DNA of 64,000 bases from a virus. Below the pieces are notes generated by a model that had not been told where the DNA came from, ran no database searches, and saw nothing but the letters and a program-made list of their open reading frames with translations. The translations under genes and the position numbers were made by a program. The stretch lies in IMG/VR virus record IMGVR_UViG_3300045256_000567; one strand, written 5' to 3'. Position 1 is the first letter of the stretch. Each line of letters begins with the position of its first letter. Shown here in pieces: positions 49,339 to 58,527 of the stretch.

Positions 49339-49872
49339 TCAGAATATATCTTCATATCCTATAGATAACTTGCTATTTATAGTTCCGTAAACATATGTAA
49401 CTCCATTAGATTTTTTATCTGATAGGTAAAAATTAATATATGCCTCGATATCATTTAAATAATCTATACATATATTTGATAAATTTTTTATATTATTAAT
49501 AATTTCTATATATTCTTTTAATTCTTTAAGTCCGTTTTGTAAATCTTTTATTTTGTACTGGGAACCATAAATACTACCTATATTTAACAATATTTGATCA
49601 TTTCTTGAATTAGAAATGCTGCTAGAAATAGTAAAAATTGTATCTGAATTTTCGTCTATGTTCTTTTCATTTATTATATTTTTGAAAAATTCAAATGCTT
49701 CTATATAATTATCCGCTTTATGAGAATTAGTAAAATTTTTCTCATAAACTAAATATTCTTTTTTATAAATTTTGTTAATTATTTTATTTGATAAATAATT
49801 CATGTTATCTTCTGTTATTTTCAGAAGATCTCTTGCGTCAAACAAAATTTTATTTAATTTATTTTTCATCAT
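49339..49872 (-). CDS. C-terminal-Phe family protein (YEDIF)
   Basis: ORF in operon. Confidence 0.8.
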   Translation of the reverse strand: MMKNKLNKILFDARDLLKITEDNMNYLSNKIINKIYKKEYLVYEKNFTNSHKADNYIEAFEFFKNIINEKNIDENSDTIFTISSSISNSRNDQILLNIGSIYGSQYKIKDLQNGLKELKEYIEIINNIKNLSNICIDYLNDIEAYINFYLSDKKSNGVTYVYGTINSKLSIGYEDIF

Positions 49873-49898
49873 TTTAGTGTTTTTATTGCTTAGTTTCT

Positions 49899-50456
49899 CT
49901 AGAATAAATATTCTTTAAAAAATTTAATATCGTATCTAAATGTAAGACCTGCATCATTTTTTATAAAGTCGTCGAAAATATTTATTTTCAATTCTTCCAA
50001 TGCTTTATAAAAAATACCTTTTACATATGCATTTCCCACATCAAAGTCTAGGTAGGAATAATTGGTTAGGCTGTCTTTGCCGGATTTGATAAATTCTGTA
50101 AATAGATAGTTCACATGATTCTTTATTTCATGTGTAACTAAATTATAATTATTAAAACCCCTTATGCTTATTTGTTTGTTATCATTTTTTAAACAATCTA
50201 TAAACTCCACCCTAAATAAAATTACCTTTAATTTATTAAAAAGTAGGTTAATATATTTTTTATCCGAGTTTAAATTATCTTTGGTTAGTTCTAAAGAATA
50301 TATAGCATTTTCTACAGACAAATATGACTTAAAATCACATAGATGTACTCTATATAAAAAATCTAAATTGTCTTTATTATAAATTTTTTCTATTTGATTC
50401 TTCTTGCTTTTTACTGCACGTTCAAAGCGTTCTAGTTCTTTTAGTATCATTTTCAT
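49899..50456 (-). CDS. C-terminal-Phe family protein (KEYLF)
   Basis: ORF with SD. Confidence 0.8.
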   Translation of the reverse strand: MKMILKELERFERAVKSKKNQIEKIYNKDNLDFLYRVHLCDFKSYLSVENAIYSLELTKDNLNSDKKYINLLFNKLKVILFRVEFIDCLKNDNKQISIRGFNNYNLVTHEIKNHVNYLFTEFIKSGKDSLTNYSYLDFDVGNAYVKGIFYKALEELKINIFDDFIKNDAGLTFRYDIKFFKEYLF

Positions 50457-50465
50457 CCCCCTTAT

Positions 50466-50981
50466 TCAAAAAATTTCTTCTATGAAGAAATCAACATCTA
50501 TATTTATCATAGTATAATTATCAGGTGTTGAAAATCTAAAGAAATCTCCAGTAAATAGCCTTATTATAAAAAATATACGCACTCTAGAAAATCCATCATA
50601 AATTCCCTTTTTTGCAACTTCAAATGCTTTATCTATATAAGGGATTACATAATTATCAATGTAAGGTTCTTTATAGGGCAATTCCTTTGTTTCTGTGATA
50701 GTTTGTTGTGTATATTCATCTAAACTAGTATAAGGCTTTGAATACATGTATACATGTATTTCTTCCATAAAACTATCATTAATTCCAATATTTATTGTTT
50801 TATTTTCTAGTTTTTTAATAAGGGTTTCCAAGAAAAATTTATTTGAAAAGCTTTTGGAGTCTTCATATGTAGAATAAATACTACATGAATCGTACTCTCC
50901 TTTCAATACGTAATTAGAGTTAGCGGCAAAAGTTTTTATTTTTTCTTTGTTTTCTATAAATCTTTTTACTATCTTTTCCAT
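50466..50981 (-). CDS. C-terminal-Phe family protein (IEEIF)
   Basis: IDN..P.I...F..A motif shared with the next two genes. Confidence 0.8.
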   Translation of the reverse strand: MEKIVKRFIENKEKIKTFAANSNYVLKGEYDSCSIYSTYEDSKSFSNKFFLETLIKKLENKTINIGINDSFMEEIHVYMYSKPYTSLDEYTQQTITETKELPYKEPYIDNYVIPYIDKAFEVAKKGIYDGFSRVRIFFIIRLFTGDFFRFSTPDNYTMINIDVDFFIEEIF

Positions 50982-51000
50982 TTTCTTTTACCTCCTTTGT

Positions 51001-51495
51001 TCAAAAGGCATTTTCTATCTCATAGGTTTCGGAAATATAAAAATCAATAATTTCTTCAGCTAATTCTTCACAACTAAAAAACTTTAGACCAATAGATATT
51101 TTTGTTTTTTCTACTTTTCCTAAAGCAATATTTTCTCCAGCAAATTCAAAGGCTTTATCTATAGATGGAAGTATAGTATTATCAATAAAATTCTTAGTGT
51201 TTTGCATCATATTAGTACTCAAAATGGTTTTTTCAAAATATCTCTTTCCATCAATTTTTCTATCACCTCTATAAATGTATACATACATATTTACTGATAA
51301 CCATTTATAACAACTAATTTTTGGTGGTTCAACTAATAAATCATTTAAAAATCCATGTAATGTAGAAAATTCTCTGTATATTCGAATAGTTTCTCTACAG
51401 TATTTACCTCTATTTATTGACAGGTAACAACTACCTTCCATAAATTTTTTGAATTTTTCTTTGTTTTTTTCTACTTCTTCAACTATTTCTATCAT
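51001..51495 (-). CDS. C-terminal-Phe family protein (IENAF)
   Basis: FIDNTILPSIDKAFEFA. Confidence 0.8.
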   Translation of the reverse strand: MIEIVEEVEKNKEKFKKFMEGSCYLSINRGKYCRETIRIYREFSTLHGFLNDLLVEPPKISCYKWLSVNMYVYIYRGDRKIDGKRYFEKTILSTNMMQNTKNFIDNTILPSIDKAFEFAGENIALGKVEKTKISIGLKFFSCEELAEEIIDFYISETYEIENAF

Positions 51496-51512
51496 CTTTA
51501 CCCCCCCCTAAT

Positions 51513-52025
51513 TTAGAAAATAGCACTTCTTTCATACTTTTCGTGTATTATAAATACATAATCATTATTTATGTTTTTTCTTGTAGGTCTAAAAAAATGT
51601 AATATAATTTGTATATCTAAACTGTCCGCCCCTTTAGAACAAATAAAATCTTTAGCTATATTAAAGACATTTTCTATAGATGGAATAACATAATTGTCAA
51701 TAAAAATAAAGCCTCCCGTTATATCAATTCTTTTCAAAATCACTCTTTCAAAAAGTCTTTCTTTAGAAAATTTATTTGTCCCCTCAACATAGATGTTTAT
51801 AAAGCAAGAATCGTAGAAAAAAATGTCATTAAATTTGCATAAATTACCCAAAAGTTCTTCTGTTGAAAAAAAATCCGTATATTCTTGTCCTATATCAACA
51901 GTATGATAACTTTTGTTACTTAGAACATATTGCCGAGTTTCCCAAAAATCATTAACGTGTTCAGTAAAGCTTCTCTTAGAACCAATTATTTTATTAAACA
52001 TTTTTATCATCTTTTCCATTGACAA
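51513..52025 (-). CDS. C-terminal-Phe family protein (RSAIF)
   Basis: FIDNYVIPSIENVFNIA. Confidence 0.8.
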   Translation of the reverse strand: MSMEKMIKMFNKIIGSKRSFTEHVNDFWETRQYVLSNKSYHTVDIGQEYTDFFSTEELLGNLCKFNDIFFYDSCFINIYVEGTNKFSKERLFERVILKRIDITGGFIFIDNYVIPSIENVFNIAKDFICSKGADSLDIQIILHFFRPTRKNINNDYVFIIHEKYERSAIF

Positions 52026-52030
52026 CCTCC

Positions 52031-52291
52031 CTAAAACATTAGTAAGTCATTTATAATTATCAAGTCTACATCTATCATCTTTATATTATTCGCACCTGTA
52101 AACAACTTCAAATTCTTATTTATAATCATACATTTCTTTGTTTCAGTTTTTACTGATTCAATCAGCTCATCAAAACTAATTTGATTTAATTTCTCATCTA
52201 TAAAAAACGAATTTTTATTTGAATCTATGACTTTTTTTATCTTTTCTAGATCATTAATGCCTCGTACCTTTAGATTTATATTTTTTCTCAT
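52031..52291 (-). CDS. Short C-terminal-Phe family protein (DLLMF)
   Basis: ORF with SD. Confidence 0.75.
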   Translation of the reverse strand: MRKNINLKVRGINDLEKIKKVIDSNKNSFFIDEKLNQISFDELIESVKTETKKCMIINKNLKLFTGANNIKMIDVDLIIINDLLMF

Positions 52292-52304
52292 TTTCCCCCC
52301 CTAA

Positions 52305-52805
52305 CTAAAACAAAATTCCATGATTTACAAACTGATATACTATCGCAAAAGCTTCAAAATCTTTTTTAGAGTGGATGTTTATATGAAATACTATTTTTGT
52401 AAATCCAAATTTTTGCCTATTTTCGGTAATACCTTGAGACAAGAAATTTAGTGTCCTATCAAATAGTTCAAGATTTGCTCTAACTACAAAATCTGAAAAA
52501 ATTATGCATTTATCAAATCCTATAAATGGGGGGTTCTGTATTTCCAACATAACTTGAATAGTGTCTAAATCTTCAATTTTCTCTAAATAAGAGAAAATTT
52601 CTGAAAAACCTTTATCCCTGTTTTCAAGATATTCATTTGAAAGTTTGCTATGATTTGCTCTAGAATCCCCATAAGATATTTCTACGCAACTATCATATAA
52701 AATATGAGTAGTTGATAAATTGCCAATTACTCCATTTATTGATGTATCTAGTTTTTTCACTAAACTTTCTAATTTTGTAATCTGCCTATGGGTGCTCGTG
52801 TCCAT
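52305..52805 (-). CDS. C-terminal-Phe family protein (HGILF), leaderless first gene of the operon
   Basis: TTGCGC-17-TATGAT-6 nt-ATG. Confidence 0.8.
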   Translation of the reverse strand: MDTSTHRQITKLESLVKKLDTSINGVIGNLSTTHILYDSCVEISYGDSRANHSKLSNEYLENRDKGFSEIFSYLEKIEDLDTIQVMLEIQNPPFIGFDKCIIFSDFVVRANLELFDRTLNFLSQGITENRQKFGFTKIVFHINIHSKKDFEAFAIVYQFVNHGILF

Positions 52806-53106
52806 GCGTATATCATACCCTGTACCTATTCAATGCGCAAGCCCACCGGACACCGCAATTTATTATGATTAGCGTTTACTTTTCAAAAATCACTAAATCA
52901 AAATATAAAATTTCAGACAAAATAAAAAAACCAATATATAAATATTGTAACAACAAAGTCACCACACCGTTTACTTATGTGTGAAGAAAAAAAATAAACG
53001 CTTAGGGGGGGTATCTTAAATTCAAATGTTTTAAAATCAAAGATAGGGGGGGTATTAATTTTTAAAATTTAAGAAAAAGTTCTTGTTGTCCTGCGAAATA
53101 TGTGCT

Positions 53107-53356
53107 GTGACGATTCCAAATTTTAAGGAATTAGGCTTCTCGTAATTAACGAAGACTTTGTCAGAGCCTTAGCCAAAACATTTTGTGCTGATGAAATATC
53201 CCGATGAAGGATTGTATTGCATTTGTCACAGGTATTGGTTGTATACAGACGGTATTTGAAAGACTTGATCATTACTAAACTATATTGTATCATATTCAGA
53301 GTACTCGTTTGCGTTCATCCCATACCTAAGGGCGTAGGTTTTCTGCAAACTGTGCT
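53107..53356 (-). mobile_element. 250-bp internally deleted, decayed tnpB element
   Basis: Left end and first ~12 tnpB codons joined to the last ~35 codons and the right end. Confidence 0.85.
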
Positions 53357-53379
53357 ATAAACGCTGGGGGGGTGCAACT

Positions 53380-53952
53380 TTGGAAATAAATAAATATTCG
53401 GATTTCCCCATAATATCTATAGAAAGAGCAATAAAAAGAAAAATGAAGCATATGTATTTTATAGATTGCTACCTGTTTGGAAAGAATATTACAAAACAAA
53501 GCAAAGACTCTGTTAAATTCTTAAGATATGCTAGTTACGAAAAAATTTCTTTCTTTGAAAGAGCAAAATATAAAACAAATTATCTTGAAATTTTTGGATT
53601 TTGGATGTACAAATATTATCACTACAATAGCAATATGTTCAATAAATTAAAATTAAAAGAATATTCTTGTTTTTCTCAGAGCGGAAATTTATTATATAAA
53701 GGGGACTACATAAAGATAAAATATACACTGGTAAACAATTGGTATCTTTTTGATTTTATAAATTTTTGTCTTTCAGAAATTGGGCTCGATACTGTAAACT
53801 ATAAATTTGATATAGAGAAACGAAGAATATTAATATATGATATTATAGTTATAAAGAATAAAGGAGTATTTAGCTTAATAAACAACGAATTTAGAAAAAT
53901 AATATACTCACTAAATACGTCGCGAGTGGTTTTCGCGAGAAGCGCTAGATAA
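53380..53952 (+). CDS. Hypothetical protein
   Basis: 190-aa ORF with G-rich SD before TTG. Confidence 0.65.
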   Translation: MEINKYSDFPIISIERAIKRKMKHMYFIDCYLFGKNITKQSKDSVKFLRYASYEKISFFERAKYKTNYLEIFGFWMYKYYHYNSNMFNKLKLKEYSCFSQSGNLLYKGDYIKIKYTLVNNWYLFDFINFCLSEIGLDTVNYKFDIEKRRILIYDIIVIKNKGVFSLINNEFRKIIYSLNTSRVVFARSAR

Positions 53953-53980
53953 TAAAATGGAAAAAACTAAAAATATGACT

Positions 53981-55211
53981 GTGACGACTCCCAATTCTAA
54001 AGAATTGGGCTTCTCGTAATTAACGAAGGCTCCGTCCGAGCCTTAGCCAAGATATTTTGTGCTGCTGCAATATCCCGATGAAGGGTTGTATTGCATTTGG
54101 CGCAGGTATAAGTACGTATCCAAAGCGGATGCTTTTCTCGATTACCGCAGACAGGACAATCTTGGCTTGTGTATTTTGGGTCTACTTTTATTACTTGCCT
54201 ACCAGCCTCTTCCGCTTTGTAGGCAAGTATTGCTAGGAATTGAGCCCAACCTGCATCTAGGATACCTTTAGCTGTTCTAGTTTGGGCAAGTTGTTTTATA
54301 TCTAGGTCCTCGTGTACTATAGTGCCATATTTATTTACCAAGTCCTTTGCTACCTTGTGATGAAAATCCTTTCTTTGGTTTGCTATTTTTCGATGTACCT
54401 TGGCAACCAATTTCTTAGCCTTGTTTCTTCTGTTGCTACCAGGTTTTCTTTTTGAAACTATTTGTTGTGCTTTGGCAAGCCTATCTTCAGAATTCTTGAA
54501 ATACCTAGGAGCAGGAACCATTTCACTGTCAGAGGTGGTTAGGAAGTTTGGATTAGTACCAAGGTCTATTCCAACTGCATCTTGGTTTACAGTAAGTCTT
54601 TTTGGTTCTGTGATACAGGTGAAAATTATATACCATTCATCATTCTCCCTTTTTATAGAAGCCGTCTTTATTTGACCTTCAACAGATCTATGAAACTTGC
54701 ATTTAATAGAACCAATCCTATGAACCAAAACTCTGTTTTTGCCTTCTTGAATCTTGATTCCTGTTACACTTGCTTGAGGAAAGGTGAAACTATCGTACCT
54801 ATTTTCACCTTTGAACCTTGGAAAACCAGGTGTTTCACCTTTCTTAATACGCCTAAAAAATCCTTGGTAGGCTTTGTCTACCCTTTTCAGTACATCCTGA
54901 AGAACCTGTGCATTTACATTCTTGTATTCTGGACGCTCTGTTTTTATTTTAGGCAGTTGTTTATCTTGTTCATAGTAGGTGATAGACTTTTTGTAGTTTT
55001 TGTACAATTCCCTTCTTTGTTCCAAAGCAGTATTGTACAGTTGACGACACAGAAACAAGGTTTTCTCTAAATCCTTGATCTGAGGCTTAGTTGGATACAG
55101 TCGGTATTTGAAAGACTTGATCATTGCTACCTATCTACATTATACCATATTCAAAGCGTTTGTTTGCATTCATCCTACGCTTAAAAGCGTAGGCTTTCTG
55201 CAAACTATGCT
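53981..55211 (-). mobile_element. tnpB-only IS200/IS605 (IS1341-like) element, copy A, 1231 bp
   Basis: TTAT|left end with hairpin; right-end hairpin ending TCAC; no tnpA. Confidence 0.9.
53997..55124 (-). CDS. tnpB: RNA-guided endonuclease TnpB
   Basis: FKYRLYP, RuvC-I GIDLG, RuvC-II HEDL, Zn finger CPVC/CAKC, RuvC-III HRD.AAA.NI. Confidence 0.95.
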   Translation of the reverse strand: MIKSFKYRLYPTKPQIKDLEKTLFLCRQLYNTALEQRRELYKNYKKSITYYEQDKQLPKIKTERPEYKNVNAQVLQDVLKRVDKAYQGFFRRIKKGETPGFPRFKGENRYDSFTFPQASVTGIKIQEGKNRVLVHRIGSIKCKFHRSVEGQIKTASIKRENDEWYIIFTCITEPKRLTVNQDAVGIDLGTNPNFLTTSDSEMVPAPRYFKNSEDRLAKAQQIVSKRKPGSNRRNKAKKLVAKVHRKIANQRKDFHHKVAKDLVNKYGTIVHEDLDIKQLAQTRTAKGILDAGWAQFLAILAYKAEEAGRQVIKVDPKYTSQDCPVCGNREKHPLWIRTYTCAKCNTTLHRDIAAAQNILAKARTEPSLITRSPIL

Positions 55212-55227
55212 ATAATTCTAGTAGCTT

Positions 55228-55944
55228 ATGGCAAATAATGTAAGAGACATTCTAAAAATTTTTAATATTCTCGAGTATAAATTTTATAATAAACAATTTA
55301 TTAAAATAAATAATACTATTGGATATAAAATCAAAACAACTAGAGCTATTAATTTTTATTATGAAATTAAAGATAAAGAACAGAAAGTCAACGAAAATTA
55401 TGAAAAAGAACTATTTTTATATAAGGCAAAAAAAGAGATTCCTTATAAGGTAATTTTTTTAAATAAAGATTTTTTGTTTTATAAAGAAACAAAATATTTA
55501 AATAACTTAGTTTCTGCTGCTCTAGACATGAGCGCAGAAAGCTGTAATTTATTTTATTTTAAACATTGTCAGCTTTTAAAAGATTTTACTGATATCTTAA
55601 ATACAAAATTTTTTGTATCGTCAGAAATTAAATCTGAAGTAGACGAAGATTTTGTAAAAAAATGGATGTCTTTAATTAGTGAAATAATTAAAAAATCTTC
55701 ATTAAATTCAGAAATTAATAAAGTTATTTTGCCTCTTGAAAAAAATTACTATAGAACAAATAATGTGGACATGTATGAAGTTAAAGAATCTGTACTTACT
55801 TTGAGAACACCACCTATAGACGATAAATCTATACACAAATATAAAGAATTATCTAAATTATTAAATAAAGATTTTGAAATAATAGAAAATGTAAGATTTA
55901 TATTTTCTTTTAAGAGAATATACTATGCGTTTAATATATTTTAA
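55228..55944 (+). CDS. C-terminal-Phe family protein (AFNIF) with a borrowed MANN start
   Basis: First 13 nt and leader are identical to those of the 58526-61876 gene. Confidence 0.75.
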   Translation: MANNVRDILKIFNILEYKFYNKQFIKINNTIGYKIKTTRAINFYYEIKDKEQKVNENYEKELFLYKAKKEIPYKVIFLNKDFLFYKETKYLNNLVSAALDMSAESCNLFYFKHCQLLKDFTDILNTKFFVSSEIKSEVDEDFVKKWMSLISEIIKKSSLNSEINKVILPLEKNYYRTNNVDMYEVKESVLTLRTPPIDDKSIHKYKELSKLLNKDFEIIENVRFIFSFKRIYYAFNIF

Positions 55945-55956
55945 AATTTAGGACGC

Positions 55957-55986
55957 TTGACGACGCAACCCACAGCATGGTAGAGT
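55957..55986 (+). promoter_or_regulatory. sigma70 promoter of the resolvase gene
   Basis: TTGACG-18-TAGAGT with TG. Confidence 0.65.
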
Positions 55987-56026
55987 ATAGCAGGGTAGCG
56001 AATACTCGCGCCCAAAGGAGAATTAT

Positions 56027-56575
56027 ATGGTAATGTCTATTGATCCAGGTTTTAGAAAAAATGCGATAGCGATAGTTGATAACAAAAAAGTTCTGTATGG
56101 AGATTTGGTTATTAATAATGACGACAAATTCGGGGATTTAAAAAACAGAATACTAGAACTTATTGATAGATTTTCTCCAGAAGTTATTACTTACGAAAAG
56201 TACAGCAAATATTATAATAAAAAATCTGCGAAAAATAAGAAAAAAGATAAGGAGTTCTATATTCAATACGCCAATAACTTCAATAAATATTTGCTTCCGT
56301 TTTTTAATTACTTAAATAAAGAAAAAAATGTAGAAGTATACTACACCATTGCATCTACTAGAAATATATTAGAAAATATACCTGGATGGAGACAAAGATT
56401 CACTGGACTTACGTTTCCAAATGAAAAAGACGTGCTTAACGAATTAAAAAACCTAATAAAATCAGGTGAACTTGAAGTACCAGAAGCCTTCTTACTTAAC
56501 AATTTGGACATAGTAGATGCCATTGGAATAGCCGTAACTTCAAATAAATATCCAGAAGTGTTTTTTGAAAATTGA
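56027..56575 (+). CDS. RuvC-like Holliday junction resolvase
   Basis: MSIDPG, ITYE and DIVDAIGIA catalytic pattern. Confidence 0.8.
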   Translation: MVMSIDPGFRKNAIAIVDNKKVLYGDLVINNDDKFGDLKNRILELIDRFSPEVITYEKYSKYYNKKSAKNKKKDKEFYIQYANNFNKYLLPFFNYLNKEKNVEVYYTIASTRNILENIPGWRQRFTGLTFPNEKDVLNELKNLIKSGELEVPEAFLLNNLDIVDAIGIAVTSNKYPEVFFEN

Positions 56576-56590
56576 AATCTTCTATTTTTG

Positions 56591-56614
56591 ACTTCCCGTT
56601 TTTGGGCGGGAAGT
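56591..56614. terminator. Bidirectional terminator
   Basis: ACTTCCCG...CGGGAAGT between convergent genes. Confidence 0.75.
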
Positions 56615-57330
56615 TAAAAAATTTCCTCTATTCTAATATCAAAAATGATATCCAAAAACAGAAAATTAACTTTTGTATTTACGGTCATTGTTCTTTTATT
56701 TAGATAAAACTTTGAATAATTGTTCTTTAGGATCAACTTCTGATAATAATCTATTTTGTTTTTTGCAAAATAATGCTTTGTTTCTTCTGTTTCGTATAAA
56801 ACATTTTTTAATAACTTTAAATGTTTTTCTTCATTATTTCTATAATAATTCAAGTCTTGTAAAGATGCATAGTTTATATGTACTATATCAACAGGAGTAT
56901 AAGAAGAATAAGGAATCTGATACAATTTTTTAGGTATGTCAATGTCTAAGATTGTTTTTCCAAAAACTTCTTTTATTTTAGACTTAAATATTTTAGATTT
57001 ATGTTCAAAAGCTATTTGTCTCGTTTTTTTCACAATAAATATTTTTCTTAACTTACTGATTATAAAATCTATAGAATCTTCAAACTTACAAATCTTCTTT
57101 GAAAAAAACTTTTGTTTTTTGTTTTTTATTTCTGCTATAACAGTGACCTTATCTAAAAAAGTTACATTTGCTGAGTGTAAATCATTAAAATTTTTAAATT
57201 TCAAATTTAAATAATCGTTTAATTGCTTTTCAAAATTATCGATTGAAATTGAATCTAACTTTTGTTTCTTTATCTGAAATTTTTCATTTGATTTAAGAGT
57301 CAAATTTATTATACTTACTTCTTGGGACAC
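56614..57330 (-). CDS. C-terminal-Phe family protein (IEEIF)
   Basis: 238-aa ORF. Confidence 0.75.
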   Translation of the reverse strand: MSQEVSIINLTLKSNEKFQIKKQKLDSISIDNFEKQLNDYLNLKFKNFNDLHSANVTFLDKVTVIAEIKNKKQKFFSKKICKFEDSIDFIISKLRKIFIVKKTRQIAFEHKSKIFKSKIKEVFGKTILDIDIPKKLYQIPYSSYTPVDIVHINYASLQDLNYYRNNEEKHLKLLKNVLYETEETKHYFAKNKIDYYQKLILKNNYSKFYLNKRTMTVNTKVNFLFLDIIFDIRIEEIF

Positions 57331-57466
57331 AACTAATTTTAAACTTTTAAAATTAATAACTCTATTTTTGCAGTCACGGTAGCAGTGAGGGGTTGACTCC
57401 TAGGTACTTGTATGTTATTATTAAACCGTGCTGGTACAGGAAGCACCAGCGCAAAAGGAGCACAAC

Positions 57467-58477
57467 ATGTTAGAGAAAGACCACAATCTGATTTTAGGCT
57501 CTGAAGAAAAGACTAGCGAACTGATTTTCTTTGAAAGGGGGGAAACTCAAGACGTGTTAGAAAGTATTGATCGTTCTCTTCTTGTAAATGGTTCCTTTAT
57601 TACTGGTAATAATGTAGATCTGTATAGTGAAAATAACCAATCTTCTGAAGAAGAATTTATTGATTCTAGTCCTGAAGAAATTATGATTTCACAAACCAAA
57701 CCAAACAGATTGAGAATTGGAAGAAAGCGCAACGTAAAAAATTCCCCACAAAATAATGTGGAAGAATATCCATTAGATATTACTAAAAATTTACATGCCC
57801 ACTTTTTTGAAGTTACTAACATTGAAGGTCTTAAAGAAATGGAGAAAACTCTTGGGTTTATAGAGCTGTTTGACGGATTTAAATTTTTAGTAGCTCCACC
57901 AAGGTTTTTTGGGATGGTGTCTTCATTCTATGCTGTATTTAAACTTACTGAACTTCCTGCGGTCGTTTCTCTTTTTAGCCCTGAAGATTCGGTTTTCATT
58001 ACTAAAGATTTTGTAAAAATTAATGGCGAGAAAATTGCTTATATTAACAGCTATTCTGGAAGCTTCAAAGAACACATAATTTACAAGCCTCTTCTACTAG
58101 CTTTCGGAGGGAAAAAGCATTTTATTCGTTCTCAAAATGTTCGTAAATTCTCCGAAGTAATTGAAAAAATAAATTCAACAATCAACGTTGAAGAAGTACT
58201 TAATTCACCTGTACTAAAAGAAGACGTAAAATTTATCATTGAAAATTTCGGAAGTAGGTCAATCAAAAAAGCAATTCAATTCGAGGGAAAAGAAAGCGAA
58301 TTGAACGAAGAAGCTCTTCTAGCGCATGTAACTACGACAAAAGATCTAATTTCTTTGTTAGAAAACATTCTAGAGAAAAATCAAGAAAACATTCTTACTC
58401 TTCGTGCTTACATAAACTTTTCAAAGAAATTCACTACGAGGATTTTGTCTGACAAAGAAAATCTAGCCATTTTCTAA
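57467..58477 (+). CDS. Hypothetical early protein ending NLAIF
   Basis: TTGACT-17-TATTAT at 57393-57421, 5' hairpin, AAGGAG SD, ATG 57467. Confidence 0.8.
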   Translation: MLEKDHNLILGSEEKTSELIFFERGETQDVLESIDRSLLVNGSFITGNNVDLYSENNQSSEEEFIDSSPEEIMISQTKPNRLRIGRKRNVKNSPQNNVEEYPLDITKNLHAHFFEVTNIEGLKEMEKTLGFIELFDGFKFLVAPPRFFGMVSSFYAVFKLTELPAVVSLFSPEDSVFITKDFVKINGEKIAYINSYSGSFKEHIIYKPLLLAFGGKKHFIRSQNVRKFSEVIEKINSTINVEEVLNSPVLKEDVKFIIENFGSRSIKKAIQFEGKESELNEEALLAHVTTTKDLISLLENILEKNQENILTLRAYINFSKKFTTRILSDKENLAIF

Positions 58478-58494
58478 ACGTACTTGACATATTT

Positions 58495-58527
58495 AGTTAT
58501 TCCCCGTTTTTGTGACGGGGAATAACT
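58495..58527. terminator. Bidirectional terminator
   Basis: AGTTATTCCCCGT ... ACGGGGAATAACT. Confidence 0.8.

Noticed and set aside
31444-52805. Terminal Phe as an outer-membrane BamA beta-signal
   Set aside because: The proteins lack signal peptides and look like soluble, charged alpha/beta proteins rather than beta-barrels.
53087-53356. TGTGCT on both sides of the mini-IS as a target duplication, and its guide self-targeting 26722-26738
   Set aside because: IS200/IS605 elements make no duplications and the other copies show none; the 26.7-kb match needs a 2-nt gap in the seed.
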